Origin: Chiloscyllium plagiosum
Lineage: Eukaryota
Direction of reading: 5' to 3'
NCBI RefSeq assembly: GCF_004010195.1
Contig: NC_057711.1
Location: 80,635,846-80,660,138, forward strand
DNA length: 24,293 nucleotides
Every line of letters starts with the position of its first letter. Position 1 is the stretch's first letter. The position numbers were made by a program, and so were the translations under genes. The notes beneath the pieces are model-generated. The model did no database searches. It had not been told where the DNA came from and saw only the letters and a program-made list of their open reading frames with translations. Positions 1 through 11,027 of this stretch are shown here, piece by piece.

Positions 1-59
1 GAAAGGCTTCCTTCTGCACAGTAAAAATTCTGTGATTTTTTTTACCAATCCTGTGTTGC

Positions 60-1200
60 ACTTAAATTCAAAAGCTCCCTAAAAATCTAACAGGTTTTAA
101 TAAAGTCATTGTACAGTTCTTCTAAACTCCAACAAGTGCAGGTCAAACTCAATCAGCATGTCCTCACAAGGACATCCTCCATACCCATGATCAACCTACT
201 AAAGCTTCACTGCACTGTCTCCACTGCCAGTATATCTTCATTTAGATAAAAGGACCAAAACAGTTCTGGTATTCTAGAGAAATTCTAACTAGTACCTTAT
301 ATAATTTTAGCAAGACTTTCCCACTTTTATACTCCATTTCCTTTGAAATAAATGCCAACATTCCATTTGTCTTTCTTATTTCCCACTGAACTAGAAGGCC
401 AGCTTTTGGTGATTCAAGCATGAAGACTCCCAACTTCCCCTGTGCTGCAGCTTTCTGCAGTTTTTCTTCACTTAAATAACATCCGCCTCCTCTATTCCAT
501 AACCACATATTTTCCTTCATCATATTCTATCTGCCATGTTTTTGCCAAAACACTTAGCCCGTCTATTTCTCGCTGCCCTCACTTCATGTCATCCTCACCG
601 TTTTTTTGCCTTCCCATCTATTTTTCTGTCATCTTCAAACTTGGTGATAATGCATTCTCTTCCTTCATCTAATTCGTTAATGTACATTGTTAGTAATTGT
701 GGCCTCAGCCCTGATCACTGTGGTACTCCACTAATTGTCATCCTTAAAGTGCCCCCTTTGTCCCTTTCCCTATCTCAATTAGCAATTCCTTACCCAATGC
801 TAATATATTATCTACAACCCTCCGGGCTCTTATTTTATTAAATTGCCAACTATATATCATCGACTGGTTCCCCCTTTTTTATCTTGCTTATTAAAGAATT
901 CTAATAAATTTGTCACTATGCTTCCCCCCATAAATTTCTAAATCTTTCAGAAATCCTTTTATATCCTGTATAATGGATATTTATAATTTTCTAATGAAAA
1001 TTAAGCTAACTGTCTGATAATGTTTTTTTGTCCACCTCAATTTCTGAAGAAGTGTATTATATTGGATAATTTTCAATACTCTGAGCCTTTTCCAGAATCT
1101 AAGGATTCTTGGAAGATTACAAGCAATGCATCCACTATTTCTGTAGCTAGCTCCTTGAGCAGACTAGGATACAACTAATCAGATCCTGGGAACTAATCAT
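60..1200 (-). mobile_element. Old, heavily decayed CR1-clade LINE ORF2 (reverse transcriptase) fragment
   Basis: Minus-strand translations give CR1 RT motifs in the expected order: 'PGSD*LYPSLLKELATEIVDALLVIFQESLDSG' (~1090-1198), 'SGVPQ*SGLRPQLLTMYINE' (~674-733), 'KFEDDRKIDG' (FADDTKIGG-like, ~615-645) and 'KEMEYKSGKVLLKLYKVLVRISLEY' (ORF 242-523). Many stops and frameshifts; ends approximate. Confidence 0.85.
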
Positions 1201-1519
1201 TTCACTGAGTGGTTCAGGTAGCAGAATCATAGCTTCATCACCACTATTTACTTTATGCTGTAGGATTCTCATTATTAGTGTTCTGTACTTTGTGGTTGGG
1301 TGGCAAAGGGGAATCAATACCAATAGCAAGGTGTAGAGTGGACATCTCATGTACCCAGTAGCCAGGCATGAGAATTAAAGGTGGTGGGACTAGCTGATTG
1401 ATACTTTCTGATTGCTGCCAACACAGCAGGTATTCATGAAAAGGATTATCTTGGCATATTTGCACACCAACTGCAAGCGAATTGAACATCTCCCTGTTAA
1501 TGTGTAAGACCCACATATT

Positions 1520-1838
1520 GGGGCAGCATGGTGACACAGTGGTTAGCACTGCTGCCTCACAGCACCAGGGACCCAGGTGTGATTCTGGCCTCAGGCAACT
1601 GTCTGTGTGGAGTTTGCACATTCTCCCCATGTCTGCACTGGTTTCCTCCGGGTGCTCCAGTTTCCTCCCACTGTCCAAAGAAGTGCAGGCTAGGTGAATT
1701 GGCCACTCTAAATTGCCCATAGTGCTAGGTGCATTAGCCAGAGGGAAAATGGGTCTGGGTGGGTTACTTTTTGGAGGGTTGGTGTGGACTTGTTGGGCTG
1801 AAGGGCCTGTTTCCACGCTGTAGGGAATCTAATCTAAT
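1520..1838 (+). mobile_element. tRNA-derived SINE, HE1/V-SINE-like, full length
   Basis: Pol III box A-like TGACACAGTGG (1532-1542), box B-like GGTGTGATTCT (1576-1586), central core CTGTGTGGAGTTTGCACATTCTCCCC...GGTTTCCTCCGGGTGCTCC, CR1-like 3' end GGGCTGAAGGGCCTGTTTCC and an (AATCT)n tail at 1826-1838. Confidence 0.92.
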
Positions 1839-1905
1839 TGCATCCTAGCAGGCCAAAGGAACTAGCTACAGAAGTAGTGGATAGACTGGAAGTAAATATC
1901 CAAGT
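1838..1905 (+). mobile_element. Small CR1 RT scrap
   Basis: Reads 'LHPSRPKELATEVVDRLEVNIQ', homologous to the minus-strand CR1 segment at ~1115-1185 (LHPRVLKEVA motif). Confidence 0.55.
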
Positions 1906-4149
1906 TGTTGTGCCATTGATTGCATCAACAGCCTGCTAAATCCACAATTCCTCCCTCCTACTTACAATGTCTTCAGAGAGAAGACATTGAAATCTACATG
2001 AAGTTTCTTCTCCTTCTATACAGTTATCTTGTCGTCTCCCTATACCAACATTGGATGATAAAATGTGAGGTAGTGCAACTGCTTCTTGCTCCCATCTAGA
2101 ATGATCTACTGGTGTAGAAATTTTGGTGAACAATAATATTGATGGCCTGTGCAGGTTGGTTCAAAGGAGCTGACAATGTCACTTGATGAAGCACAAATAC
2201 ATCAGATAGTGGTCCTGGCCGAAGTGGAGATAGGAGAAGTATTTCAACAGGACCTGTAGTGAGTTGTACTCTTATAGAGACCTCACTTTCTCTCCCACTC
2301 TCCACACAGCTCTACCCTCTGCTACCAGTGTTCGATTTCCAAGTTGTGCTATAATTCAAGTTAGACTGGAAATATAACCTCATCACTGAAGCAGGAATTC
2401 CTCCAAAAAACAACCAACTCTTCTCAGCATTTTGTCAAGATATACATAACTGTTTGGGAAAGTAAAAATGTTTGTAAAATCCCTTCATTATCACAAAATG
2501 TTGTACTTCCGCTATCTCCAGCAGGAAAAGAAGTCATTGAAAAGCATTTCACCTCAAATTGGTTAGCCTTTCAAATAACATCAGTGCCAAGCACAGCAAG
2601 TGTTTGGGTGAGGCTTGGGCATTGTTAGCTTCGTGATAACAAAGAACTGGCATAGGCCTTTTAAACAGTCCACCTTAGAGCCCAAATACCTTCACACTGT
2701 TTCCGGGATAATGGGCACATGCCTCAAAATGAAAATTTTGCCTTTGTAGGCACTTTTCTGGAGGTGCACAAGGTGGACTGGGAATCATCCAACTCTCACT
2801 ATCCATTTCCAGATTGAAAATCTAGCCCATTGTATCCATATCTGTCAGACAAAGGCAGGATTAACCTCTGCTGTGTCCTTTTTCAAGATTCACCTTGAGT
2901 ATTTACACAGGATGAATGTCCCCTTGGTTGCCAAACATCTGAAACTGTACCCCAGAATGAGTAGGTCATAAGAAGAGGAGAGAAACAGGCAGGAGGAAAA
3001 AAATATTGTCCGCTCAATCGATGCGGCCAGTACTAAACATACTTTTATTTGATTTTATGGAAAAGCAGTATCAAAATATCTGTTAATGCATTTTATCCTT
3101 AAACACATTTTGATATTGCATGAAGGGGGTTATCAGTTCTAAGGGGATATTTTAAAATGAAAGCTTTAATCATTACTTTGACAGAACCAAGATTCAAGCT
3201 AAATCAAAGTGTGGAACATAATTGAAGTCACCATGTTGCGCCTGGTGTGCCCTTAGTCCCCAGGGTAACTCTCGTCATTAGAACAGATCATTTGGAACTA
3301 AAATGACAGCTGCTGTGGGGTGTAGGTCCCTCACCAGTTGTCTGCATTCAGCCTAAATTTACCTCAGAACATCAGCTCAATGAAATATGGAGTGAAAATT
3401 GTGCATCATAACATAGTTCGTGATAATAAGCAACAAAACTTTATAGCATCACACACCATGTTATGTATACATAAATAATGTCATCTAAATTATTTAGATA
3501 ATTAGATATCTAAATATCTAATGAAACATACTTGTTGGATAACTAAGTTACGTCTGTTAGAATTTCAACTGATGTAAGTCAGACATCTAACCTAAACGAG
3601 ATCCACTCTTGTCAGGTTTTTAAGTTGTTACTGGGGCTTAGCCTTTTCTTTAGCTTTTCAGACCAAAATGTACCTGCTGAAAGAAAGTAATCAAATTCTT
3701 GTCTTATATCATACCAGTTATGTTGAATTGAAGTAAGTAGCTTTTTGTTTTGCTGTGTCTAAAATAGAAAATTCCTTTGTTAATGTTACAGTGCTTCTGA
3801 TCAATTTAACAGGATATTGCTACCAGATTGCAGTTTGTATATGATGGGTTTTTGGCTGATTTGGACAAAAGGTTATGACATTTTTGTATTTGGTAAGAAT
3901 CCATCTGCTGTTGGTCTTTTGTGCCTCAGTGCTAAGTTCCAGAATCCATGTTATCCCTTCTCCACTGTGTATACTGTTATAGTATTTAAATTAAGTAACA
4001 ACATAAAGGATATTTCATATTTAATATCTCCACTCACTGTAAGTTGTTAATTAGCATTTGAATTTTATGCAGAGTTTACTTGATGCAACAATATGACTTA
4101 ATGCACAATGGAATTTCAGGAGTCCAACTGTTAAACCAGTCAGCATCAG

Positions 4150-5350
4150 TGGAACTGAAGCTTCAACCAAGGTTGGAAATTCTTTGCATTAAATCGGACC
4201 ACGCATATTTTGGGACGGTAGATTGATCATTTTGTCTTTGCAGGAATTATGCAAAGACGGCCAATAGTGGATGATGTCTGACAGGTTGTTATTATGAATC
4301 CCTAGATAATTTATTGGAGTGTAGAATTCCATAATAAATACATAATTCCCTGAGGCAAGCTTGATTAGTTAAATTATACACGTATGTTACTATACTGAAA
4401 AGAGGAACATTATGCAAATGAGTGTAAATCTTGAATCAAACATGTCTTGCATTCACTATCTTCAGGACATTTGAAGAGTGTTCTGGCAACTATCGTAATT
4501 GCCAATGGCTCATATTGTGCGCAACAGAACAGACAGAAGACACAAAGCTTTAGTTTTCGCCCTGGGAAGCAGATTAAACAATTGTGTTTTTATTTAGCAA
4601 TTTGTAGCTCTGTTCCTAATCGCTGCCTGCCTGATTAAGTGAGGCAGTTGGGATTTGGGGGGCAGCTGGTGTGTAAACAAACAGATGAGGAGGATTTGCA
4701 CTGATGTTTCACAAAAAACAGATGGTGGAATAGGACGGTTTCTGAAAGCAAAGTAAATGCACTGAGCACTCAGTAATAATAATGTTGATTGGTGAGGACG
4801 GCCTAATGTGGATATAAAAAAAAACACTCAGGCATAAACTGGATGGATCAGTTCACAGGAGGAGCTCCAATTAGAATTTTAATAGATTCTCGAGATGTTG
4901 AAAGGCAATGATTCCACCCTTCTGAACATTTTTTTTGCTTTTTTTTTTCTCTTTTTTTTGACACTACTATTTCCTTTTCTATTTACCATAGCAATGTACA
5001 AATAGAATTTACCTTCCATTTCAGCAGAGAATAAATCAGGCACATTGCTTGATAATGGGACTAATTAATTCAGAAAATTAAGATAACAAGTCTTAAGATT
5101 AATACTGAAAGGCCTACTGGAGCTAAAAGAATGCTAATGAGAAACAACCCTCCAAATCAAGCTGAAAAACATTAATCTCTCAGAGTCCTGCAAAAAGAGC
5201 TGTGCACATGCTTAATTAGCATTTCCCCAGATCAAGGACAATATGAGCAGTGGCAAACAAGCCTGTGATTGAAATAGACTGGTTTGCATCAACTAAATTT
5301 GCAGTTTCCTTCCTTTTGTGCTTCAAATTGATTTTGTTCAGTTTTGCATT
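4150..5350. promoter_or_regulatory. Candidate conserved non-coding/enhancer block
   Basis: No recognisable repeat. Contains an octamer ATGCAAAT (4412-4419), E-boxes CAGCTG (4663-4668) and CAGATG (4682-4687, 4719-4724), a forkhead-type TGTAAACAAACA (4672-4683) and several TAAT/TAATTA cores. Motif-based only; no conservation data. Confidence 0.3.
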
Positions 5351-5689
5351 ACTGGGGCACTCAAGAGACTCACTGTTAACTGTTGAAGGTGGTTTCTCAG
5401 TATGAGAAATGGGATACAGGGTGTGATCCTGACTTGTAGAAGTTAGAACAATCCCATATTTGATCCCATTTGTTCTATGTCAATTTCATGCAATATATTT
5501 GAATTAATCACCGCAAATAGATTTGAGAATTATCTGTCCCACAATCCATCAAACAACAATAAACAGTTTGAGAAGAAACAGTTACTATCTGATGAGGTTT
5601 TTGATTATTTTGATGAAGTGATAATCCATGTTGATTATAATGCTGTCATGTTGATTTTTTTTACCTTCCAAATGCATTTGAAAAAAATC

Positions 5690-5941
5690 TTCATATTGAA
5701 GGTTGAATGATGCTCAAAGCTAGGGGAATCAGAGGTAAAATTCGAGTCAGGATAAGAACTGTTTAAAGGACAGAAAAACAATACTAGCTAACAAGATAAT
5801 ATCAGGGTGGGCTGATGCCAGGGAACAGTGTTGAAACCATTACGTCTTTGACACTACCTTAATGACTCGATTCTGAAACTCAGTGCAAATTGTTTAGATT
5901 TACAGATGGTTTCAATCTGGACAAGGCAATGAATATAAGGA
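5690..5941 (+). mobile_element. Very old CR1 RT fragment (host of the palindromic insertion at 5942)
   Basis: Decayed 'GIRGKI..../LKDRKT' and 'RFTDGFNL' resemble the CR1 motifs GIRG..L.WIENWL.DRKQRV and KFADDTKL. Confidence 0.5.
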
Positions 5942-6164
5942 GGTAAAAACAATGACTGCAGATGCTGGAAACCAGATTCTGGATTAGTGGTGCTGGAAGG
6001 GCATAGCAGTTAAGGCAGCATCCGAGGAGCAGTAAAATCGATGTTTCGGGCAAAAGCCCTTCATCAAGAATACCTGATGAAGGGCTTTTGCCCGAAACAC
6101 GATTTTACTGTTCCTCGGATGCTGCCTGAACTGCTGTGCTCTTCCAGCACTACTAATCCAGAAT
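5942..6164. mobile_element. Palindromic (fold-back) non-autonomous element made of two inverted Penelope pLTR 3' ends
   Basis: Inverted arms 5976-6068 and 6073-6164 separated by a 4-nt loop (AATA). Flanked by the direct repeat AATGAATATAAGGA (5928-5941 and 6162-6175). Arms are homologous to the pLTRs at 7501-7630, 20212-20347 and 22100-22205. Confidence 0.88.
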
Positions 6165-6999
6165 GAATATAAGGAAACAGTCCAGAATTCCTGCCTGAGG
6201 TGAACAAAATATCCATGTCGGTATCATGATAGGGCTTTAAATTAAATAGTTCAGGTGAAATCTAACAACAGTTCTGAACTTCCAAGTGTTCCCCTCAATT
6301 CTTTGAATTATGACTCCATCTCTCAACATTACACCAAGCCTCAGCCTAACAGGTTAATTCTGCCAAACAGTATGCAGGACTGTCTCCTGTTAAGGTTAAG
6401 GTGAATGCAACTCTCGATGATCCCCTCCCTTCGTCCAATCTACTATCGTCTCCCCTATTTATATGCTGAGTTTCCCCCTCAAATATTATCCCGTCTGTGT
6501 CCCAGCAAACTGCCCCCAATCACTAGATTCAACTTCGGTGACCTCCCTACCACAGCAAGACCTGGTAGAGATGCTGCCAGGCATTAAAATAGAGGCAAAG
6601 TGAATCACCACTAAAAGAGAAAATGAGGGGCCCTGAGATGCATTCTGGTCAGATTTCACTTGTCCCTTCATGCAATATATTCTGTCAACAATGTTACAAT
6701 GATAGGTGTTTATATGCTCCAAAGTACAATACTAAAGTGCAGAACCATATTGCAAATGAATCAAAGCTGTGCCATGAGGTGCAGTGAAGGATGTACATGT
6801 CCAGTGCCAATGTTTAGACTCAATGGGTGGAGGTTATTGCTGCCCATGGAGCATGCTCAGAGATGCTGGCCATGACTGTTTAAGATGGATGTAGGGAGTA
6901 GCAATTGCAAGCCGAAGTCAACAGGTAACCATTGTAACTTTCATGTTGGGACTTCACTATCTAGTTTCACATGGATGCCAATGCTTGCAAATAAGCAAT

Positions 7000-7130
7000 T
7001 TTTGCAAATTTTTCCATGCAAATTCTTCCCCAAAGCCAGGGAATGTTTCCACCACTTACAAGGCACATGTCAGGAATGCGGTCAAATATGCTTGCCTGAA
7101 CAAGTGCAGCTCCAACAATGAATAAAACCC
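7000..7130 (+). mobile_element. Old LINE ORF2 C-terminal scrap (CR1/L2 group)
   Basis: ORF 6943-7125 contains 'TTYKAHVRNAVKYACL', resembling the YKAQVRS.MEY motif. It appears to be the same family as 10230-10545. Confidence 0.5.
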
Positions 7131-8412
7131 ATTATCTTGCCTTTTTATTCAAGAAGCAGAGCTAGAAAGAGAAACAGACTCTGGAAAATTACTCATTTTG
7201 TGATGGTTTATGACAAGCTGAGTAACTATTGATGGCCATTGCTTTGTTCTCAGTTCAGAATAATCAAGAATTGATGTAATTTTGAAAACCAGAGATTGAA
7301 TTTTTTCAGGCAGTTTGGAGGAGACCTGATTGAGTCAGAAACAAAGTTTATGTTTCTTTCCTTAGAAGAGTATATGATAGTTCTGCGAAAACAGTCATCT
7401 CTGTGCAAGGATAGTACTTGAAATTTACAAACCAGAGGAGTTTAAATGGGAATCTGCAGTTTATTAGAACTGAAAAAGCTGATGTTGTTAGAGTTGTTGA
7501 AGAAAGTGAAAACTGCAGATGCTGGAAATCAGAGTCAAAACGTGTGGCGCTGGAAAAATACAGCCAGTCAGGCAGCATCTGAGGAGCAGGAGAGTCAACT
7601 TTTCGGGCATAAGCTCTTCATCAGGAATGTGGGGTGGGGAAAGGGAGCTGAGTGATAAATAGGGAGGGGGGCTGGAGGGAAGGTAGCTTGGAAGGCGATA
7701 GGTAGAAGTAGTTGGAGGTAACGGTGATAGGTCAGAGCGGAATGTGGAGCTGATAGGTAGAAAGAAAGATGGACAGATAGGACAGTTCAAGATGGTGATG
7801 CTGAGTTGGAGAATTGGATCTGGGATGGGGTGGGAAAGGAGAGATAAGGAAACTGGTGAAATTAACATTCATGCCATGTGGTTGGAGGGTTCCAAGGCAG
7901 AAGATGAGGCGTTCTTCCTCCGTGCAGCAGATGACTAAGATTTGGTGGCAGAGGAGGCCCAGAACTTGTATGTTCTTGGCGAAGTGGGAGGGGAAGTTGA
8001 AGTAGTCGGTCACAGGGCAGTGCGGTTGTTTGATGCATGCGTCCTGGAGACGTTCTTTGAAATGTTCCGAAAGCTAGCGTCCTATCTCCTCAATGTGGAG
8101 GAGACCACATCAAAAGCAACGGACACAGTAGATGAGGTATTTGGAGGTACAGGAAAATCTCTGCCGGATGTGGAAGGATCCTTTGGGGCCTTGGATGGAG
8201 GTAAGGGGATCAGTGTAGGTACAGGTTTCACACTTCTTGTGGTGACAAGGGAAGGTGCCGGGAGTGGAGGGTGGGTTTGTGGCGGGGGGGGGCATGGACC
8301 TAACGAGGGTGCCATGGAGGGAATGGTCGCTACTGAACGCAAATTGGGGTGGGGAGGGAAATATATCTCTGGTGGTGGGGTCTGACTGTAGTTGGCGGAA
8401 ATGGCAGAAGAT

Positions 8413-8814
8413 TAGAATCAATCTAAACATCAGGTCATAGACAGAGAACACAGGGGGCTAACATCTTCAACATATTGTCTAGCTACCACCATTGTTAACA
8501 GCTAACCCGAGAATGCAACTTTTTTCAAAAAAGGATTTGTGATTTACACATGAAAGAATAGAAACTATCACTGTATTCTAACAGATGAAAGGCTTAACAG
8601 ACAATCAATTTTTCAATGTATAATTTCAGTTACATCACACTGCAAATTTTTGCTATAAATTCTGTGTTACGATCGAGCCCTCCACAATCACCTGATGAAG
8701 GAGCGTCGCTCCGAAAGCTCGTGTGCTTCCAATTAAACCTGTTGGACTATAACCTGGTGTTGTGTGATTTTTCACTTTGTACACCCCAGTCCAACACCGG
8801 CATCTCTAAATCAT
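8413..8814 (+). mobile_element. Solo pLTR of a second Penelope family (family B) nested in the family A element
   Basis: 8455-8814 is the reverse complement of 23598-23956, which is attached to a GIY-YIG coding segment. It splits the host peptide between '...FHRTTLRI' and 'IFCHFRQLQ'. No clear TSD; a few host bases appear to be lost. Confidence 0.88.
8689..8723 (+). ncRNA. Minimal type I hammerhead ribozyme motif (family B pLTR)
   Basis: CAC-CTGATGA(8692-8698)-A-GGAGC/GTC/GCTCC-GAAA(8713-8716)-GCTC-GTG. Stem I is CAC/GTG, stem II is 5 bp, palindromic AGCT replaces stem III, and the predicted cleavage triplet is CUC (cut after 8720). Confidence 0.8.
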
Positions 8815-9341
8815 ATCCTGAGAGTGGTGCGGTGGAAGGTGAGGACCGGGAGTTCTATCCTTGTTGTAATTGGAGGGGTGGGGTTCAATGGCGGAGGTGT
8901 GGCAAGTGAAGGAAATGCGCAGGAGGGGAAAATTGTGGTCCTTGAAATAGGAGGCCATCTGGGATGTTCTGGAATGGAATTGCTCCTCCTGGGAGCAGAT
9001 ACAGTGGAGGCAGAGGAATTGGGAGTAAGGGATAGCATTTTTACAGGAGGGGTTGTTGGGGGTGTGTAATCCAGGTAGGTGTGGGAGTTGGTGGGTTTGA
9101 AGTAGATGTCTGTGTTGAGTCGGTCGCCGGACCTGGAGACAGATAGGTCCAAGAAGGGGAGGGAGGTGCACACGATGGTCCAGGTGGACTTGAGATCAGG
9201 GTGGAAGGTGTTCATAAGTTGATGAACTGTCCAACCTCCTCATCTCCAGTCCTCGCTTTCTACAACAACTCTTTATTTTGTTGTGCAGTGTAATATTTTT
9301 CTAAAATGTCTTCTGTAACCATGTAGCTTTATTTGTTTATT

Positions 9342-10035
9342 TATAGAGTCAGAGAGTCATAGAGATATAGAGCATAGAAACAGACCCTTCAGACCAACTC
9401 ATCCATGACAACCAGATATCTTAACCTAATCTAGTCCCATTTGCCAGCACTTGACCCATATCCCTCTAAACCCTTCCTGTACACATCCAGATGCCTTTTA
9501 AATGACACAATTGCACCAGCCTCCACCACTTCCTCTGGAACCACCTTGTAAACATTTTTTGAACCCTTTCAAGTTTCACAACATCCTTCCGATAGGAAGG
9601 AGACCAGAATTGCACTCAATATTCCAAAAGTGACCTAACCAATGTCCTGTACAGCTGCAACATGACCTCCCAACTCCTATACTCAATACTCTCACCAATA
9701 AAGGAAAGCATACCAAAGGCCTTCTTCACTATCCTATCTACCTGTGACTTTACTTTCAAGGAACTATGAACCTGCACTCCAAGGTCTCTTTGTTCAGTAA
9801 AACTCCCTAGGACCTTACCATTAAGTGCATAAGTCCTGCTAAGATTTGTTTTTCCAAAATGCAGAATCTCGCATTTATCTAAATTAAATTCCATCTTCCA
9901 CCCCTCAGCCCATTGGCCCATCTGATCAAGATCCCATTGTACACTGAGGTAACCTTCTTCGCTGTCCACTACACCTTCAATTTTGGTGTCATCTGCAAAT
10001 TTACTAATTACACCTCTTATGCTCACATCCAAATA
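9342..10035 (-). mobile_element. 5'-truncated CR1 LINE 3' end with an internal deletion near 9540
   Basis: ORF 9616-10074 'ISKFADDTKIEGVVDSEEGYLSVQWDLD...MEFNLDKC...QRDLGV...LQLYRTLVRSLLEY'. CR1 3' UTR and short-repeat tail (ATAGAGTC-like units on +) at 9342-9400. Confidence 0.93.
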
Positions 10036-10229
10036 ATTTATTTTCAACTCAGGTACAAATAACTTTTGTTCCATTGCTAAAGGAATTCAGCAGGCTTGCA
10101 TGACTATATTTCAGTGACAGAACACAACGTTAACAACAAAAACAAAAAGAAAAATTGATTTACAGGCCAAATTTCATCTTGGGATCTGATTTTCCAGAAG
10201 CACCATCAGCTGGGAGTCGTAATAATTGC

Positions 10230-10545
10230 AGTCAGACATGCGATGGAATACTTATCTGGACGAATGCATTTCCAACAACAATCAAGAAGCTCAGCACCAT
10301 TCAGGAGAAGTGAATCCCCTTGATTGTCAACCAATCTACCACCTCAAGTATTCATTCCCCCATCATTAGTGAACATAGCTATATTGTGTGCCATGCACAA
10401 GATGTACTATAACAACTTGCTAAGGTGTCTTTGTCTGCAACTTCAAGGCCAAAAAACGGTGCCATAGATGGTCAAGAGCATTAGACACATGGGAACCTCA
10501 AAGGTTTCCTTGACTTTCTTCACCCCATCCCATCACATGGTATTC
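10230..10545 (+). mobile_element. Old LINE (CR1/L2 group) ORF2 C-terminus; left half of the outermost nest member
   Basis: 'VRHAMEYL../..AFPTTIKKLSTIQEK' resembles VRS.MEY...AAPTTLKKLDTIQDKA. The family's 3' end appears to resume at 22818. Confidence 0.6.
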
Positions 10546-10549
10546 TCTC

Positions 10550-10692
10550 CATAGAATCCCTACAATGTGGAAACAAGCCATTTGGCCCAACGAGTCAGCA
10601 CCAACCCTCCGAATAGCATTCCATTCAGATCTATCCCTATACTCTATCACCGTAACCATGCACTTCCATGGCTAATGCACATAACCTGGACT
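10550..10692 (-). mobile_element. HE1-like SINE, 3' half (5' half at 22635-22817)
   Basis: CATAGAATCCCTACAATGTGGAAACAAGCCATTTGGCCCAAC...CCCTCCGAA...GGCTAATGCAC is the reverse complement of the 3' part of the SINE at ~1725-1830. Confidence 0.8.
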
Positions 10693-11027
10693 CTTCAGAA
10701 AAGATTCATAAGGATGTTGCCTGGGCTGGAGGGTCTAAGCTATAAGGAGAGGCTGAATAGGCTAGGGCTATGTTCCTGGAGCGTCGGAGGCTGAGGGATG
10801 ATCTAATAATGTTTTATAAAATCATGAGGAGCACAGATAGGGTAACTAGATAAGGTCTTTTCCCTGGGTTGGCGGAGTCCACAACTAGACGGCATTGGTT
10901 TTGGGATGAGAGGGAAACGATTTAAAAGGGACCTGAGGATCAGCTTTTTCATGCAGAGGGTGATGCATTTATGGAATGAGCTGCCAGGGGAAGCGATGGA
11001 GGCAAGTACAATTACAGCATTTAAAAG
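10693..11027 (+). mobile_element. CR1 LINE 3' fragment, left part (split by the LTR retrotransposon; continues at 22403-22634)
   Basis: 'QKRFIRMLPGLEGLSYKERLNRLGL', 'RGKRFKRDLRISFFMQRVMHLWNELPGEAMEASTITAFK'. The reading continues as 'RHL..YMNR' after 22402. Confidence 0.92.

Larger units (their letters stand above)
7490..9272 (-). mobile_element. 5'-truncated Penelope-like element (Neptune type, family A): RT C-terminus, Cys-rich linker, GIY-YIG endonuclease and 3' pLTR; interrupted at 8413-8814
   Basis: Minus-strand ORFs: 'FHPDLKSTWT..TSLPFLDLSV...LNTDIYFKPTNSHTYLDY' (8811-9215, PLE RT thumb), 'HFRQLQSDPTTRDIF...PGTFPCHHKKCETC...FSCTSKYLIYCVRC' (8110-8451) and 'EEERLIFCLGTLQPHGMNVNF' (7732-8013, GIY-YIG C-terminus). 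pLTR with a hammerhead-like core at ~7595-7627. Frameshifted. Confidence 0.93.

Noticed and set aside
1520..1590. tRNA gene
   Set aside because: The A/B boxes belong to a SINE head followed by core and LINE-like tail; I see no convincing cloverleaf.
1253..1816. 187-aa minus-strand ORF and overlapping ORFs, plus ORF 22651-22845
   Set aside because: Chance translations of the SINE; the same peptide recurs at other SINE copies.
1115..1905. Inverted homology between ~1115-1185 and 1838-1905 as transposon TIRs
   Set aside because: Both are CR1 RT coding scraps in opposite orientation, with no TSD.
2600..2830. Possible MITE end (GAAAATCTAGCCC at ~2817-2828)
   Set aside because: I could not identify a matching opposite terminal inverted repeat or TSD.
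4231..4290. Possible small exon after TTTGTCTTTGCAG
   Set aside because: All three frames hit a stop within ~40 nt and the downstream donor is weak.
3817..5710. Short ORFs in the AT-rich unique region
   Set aside because: 60-80 aa, no recognisable motifs or splice structure; expected by chance.
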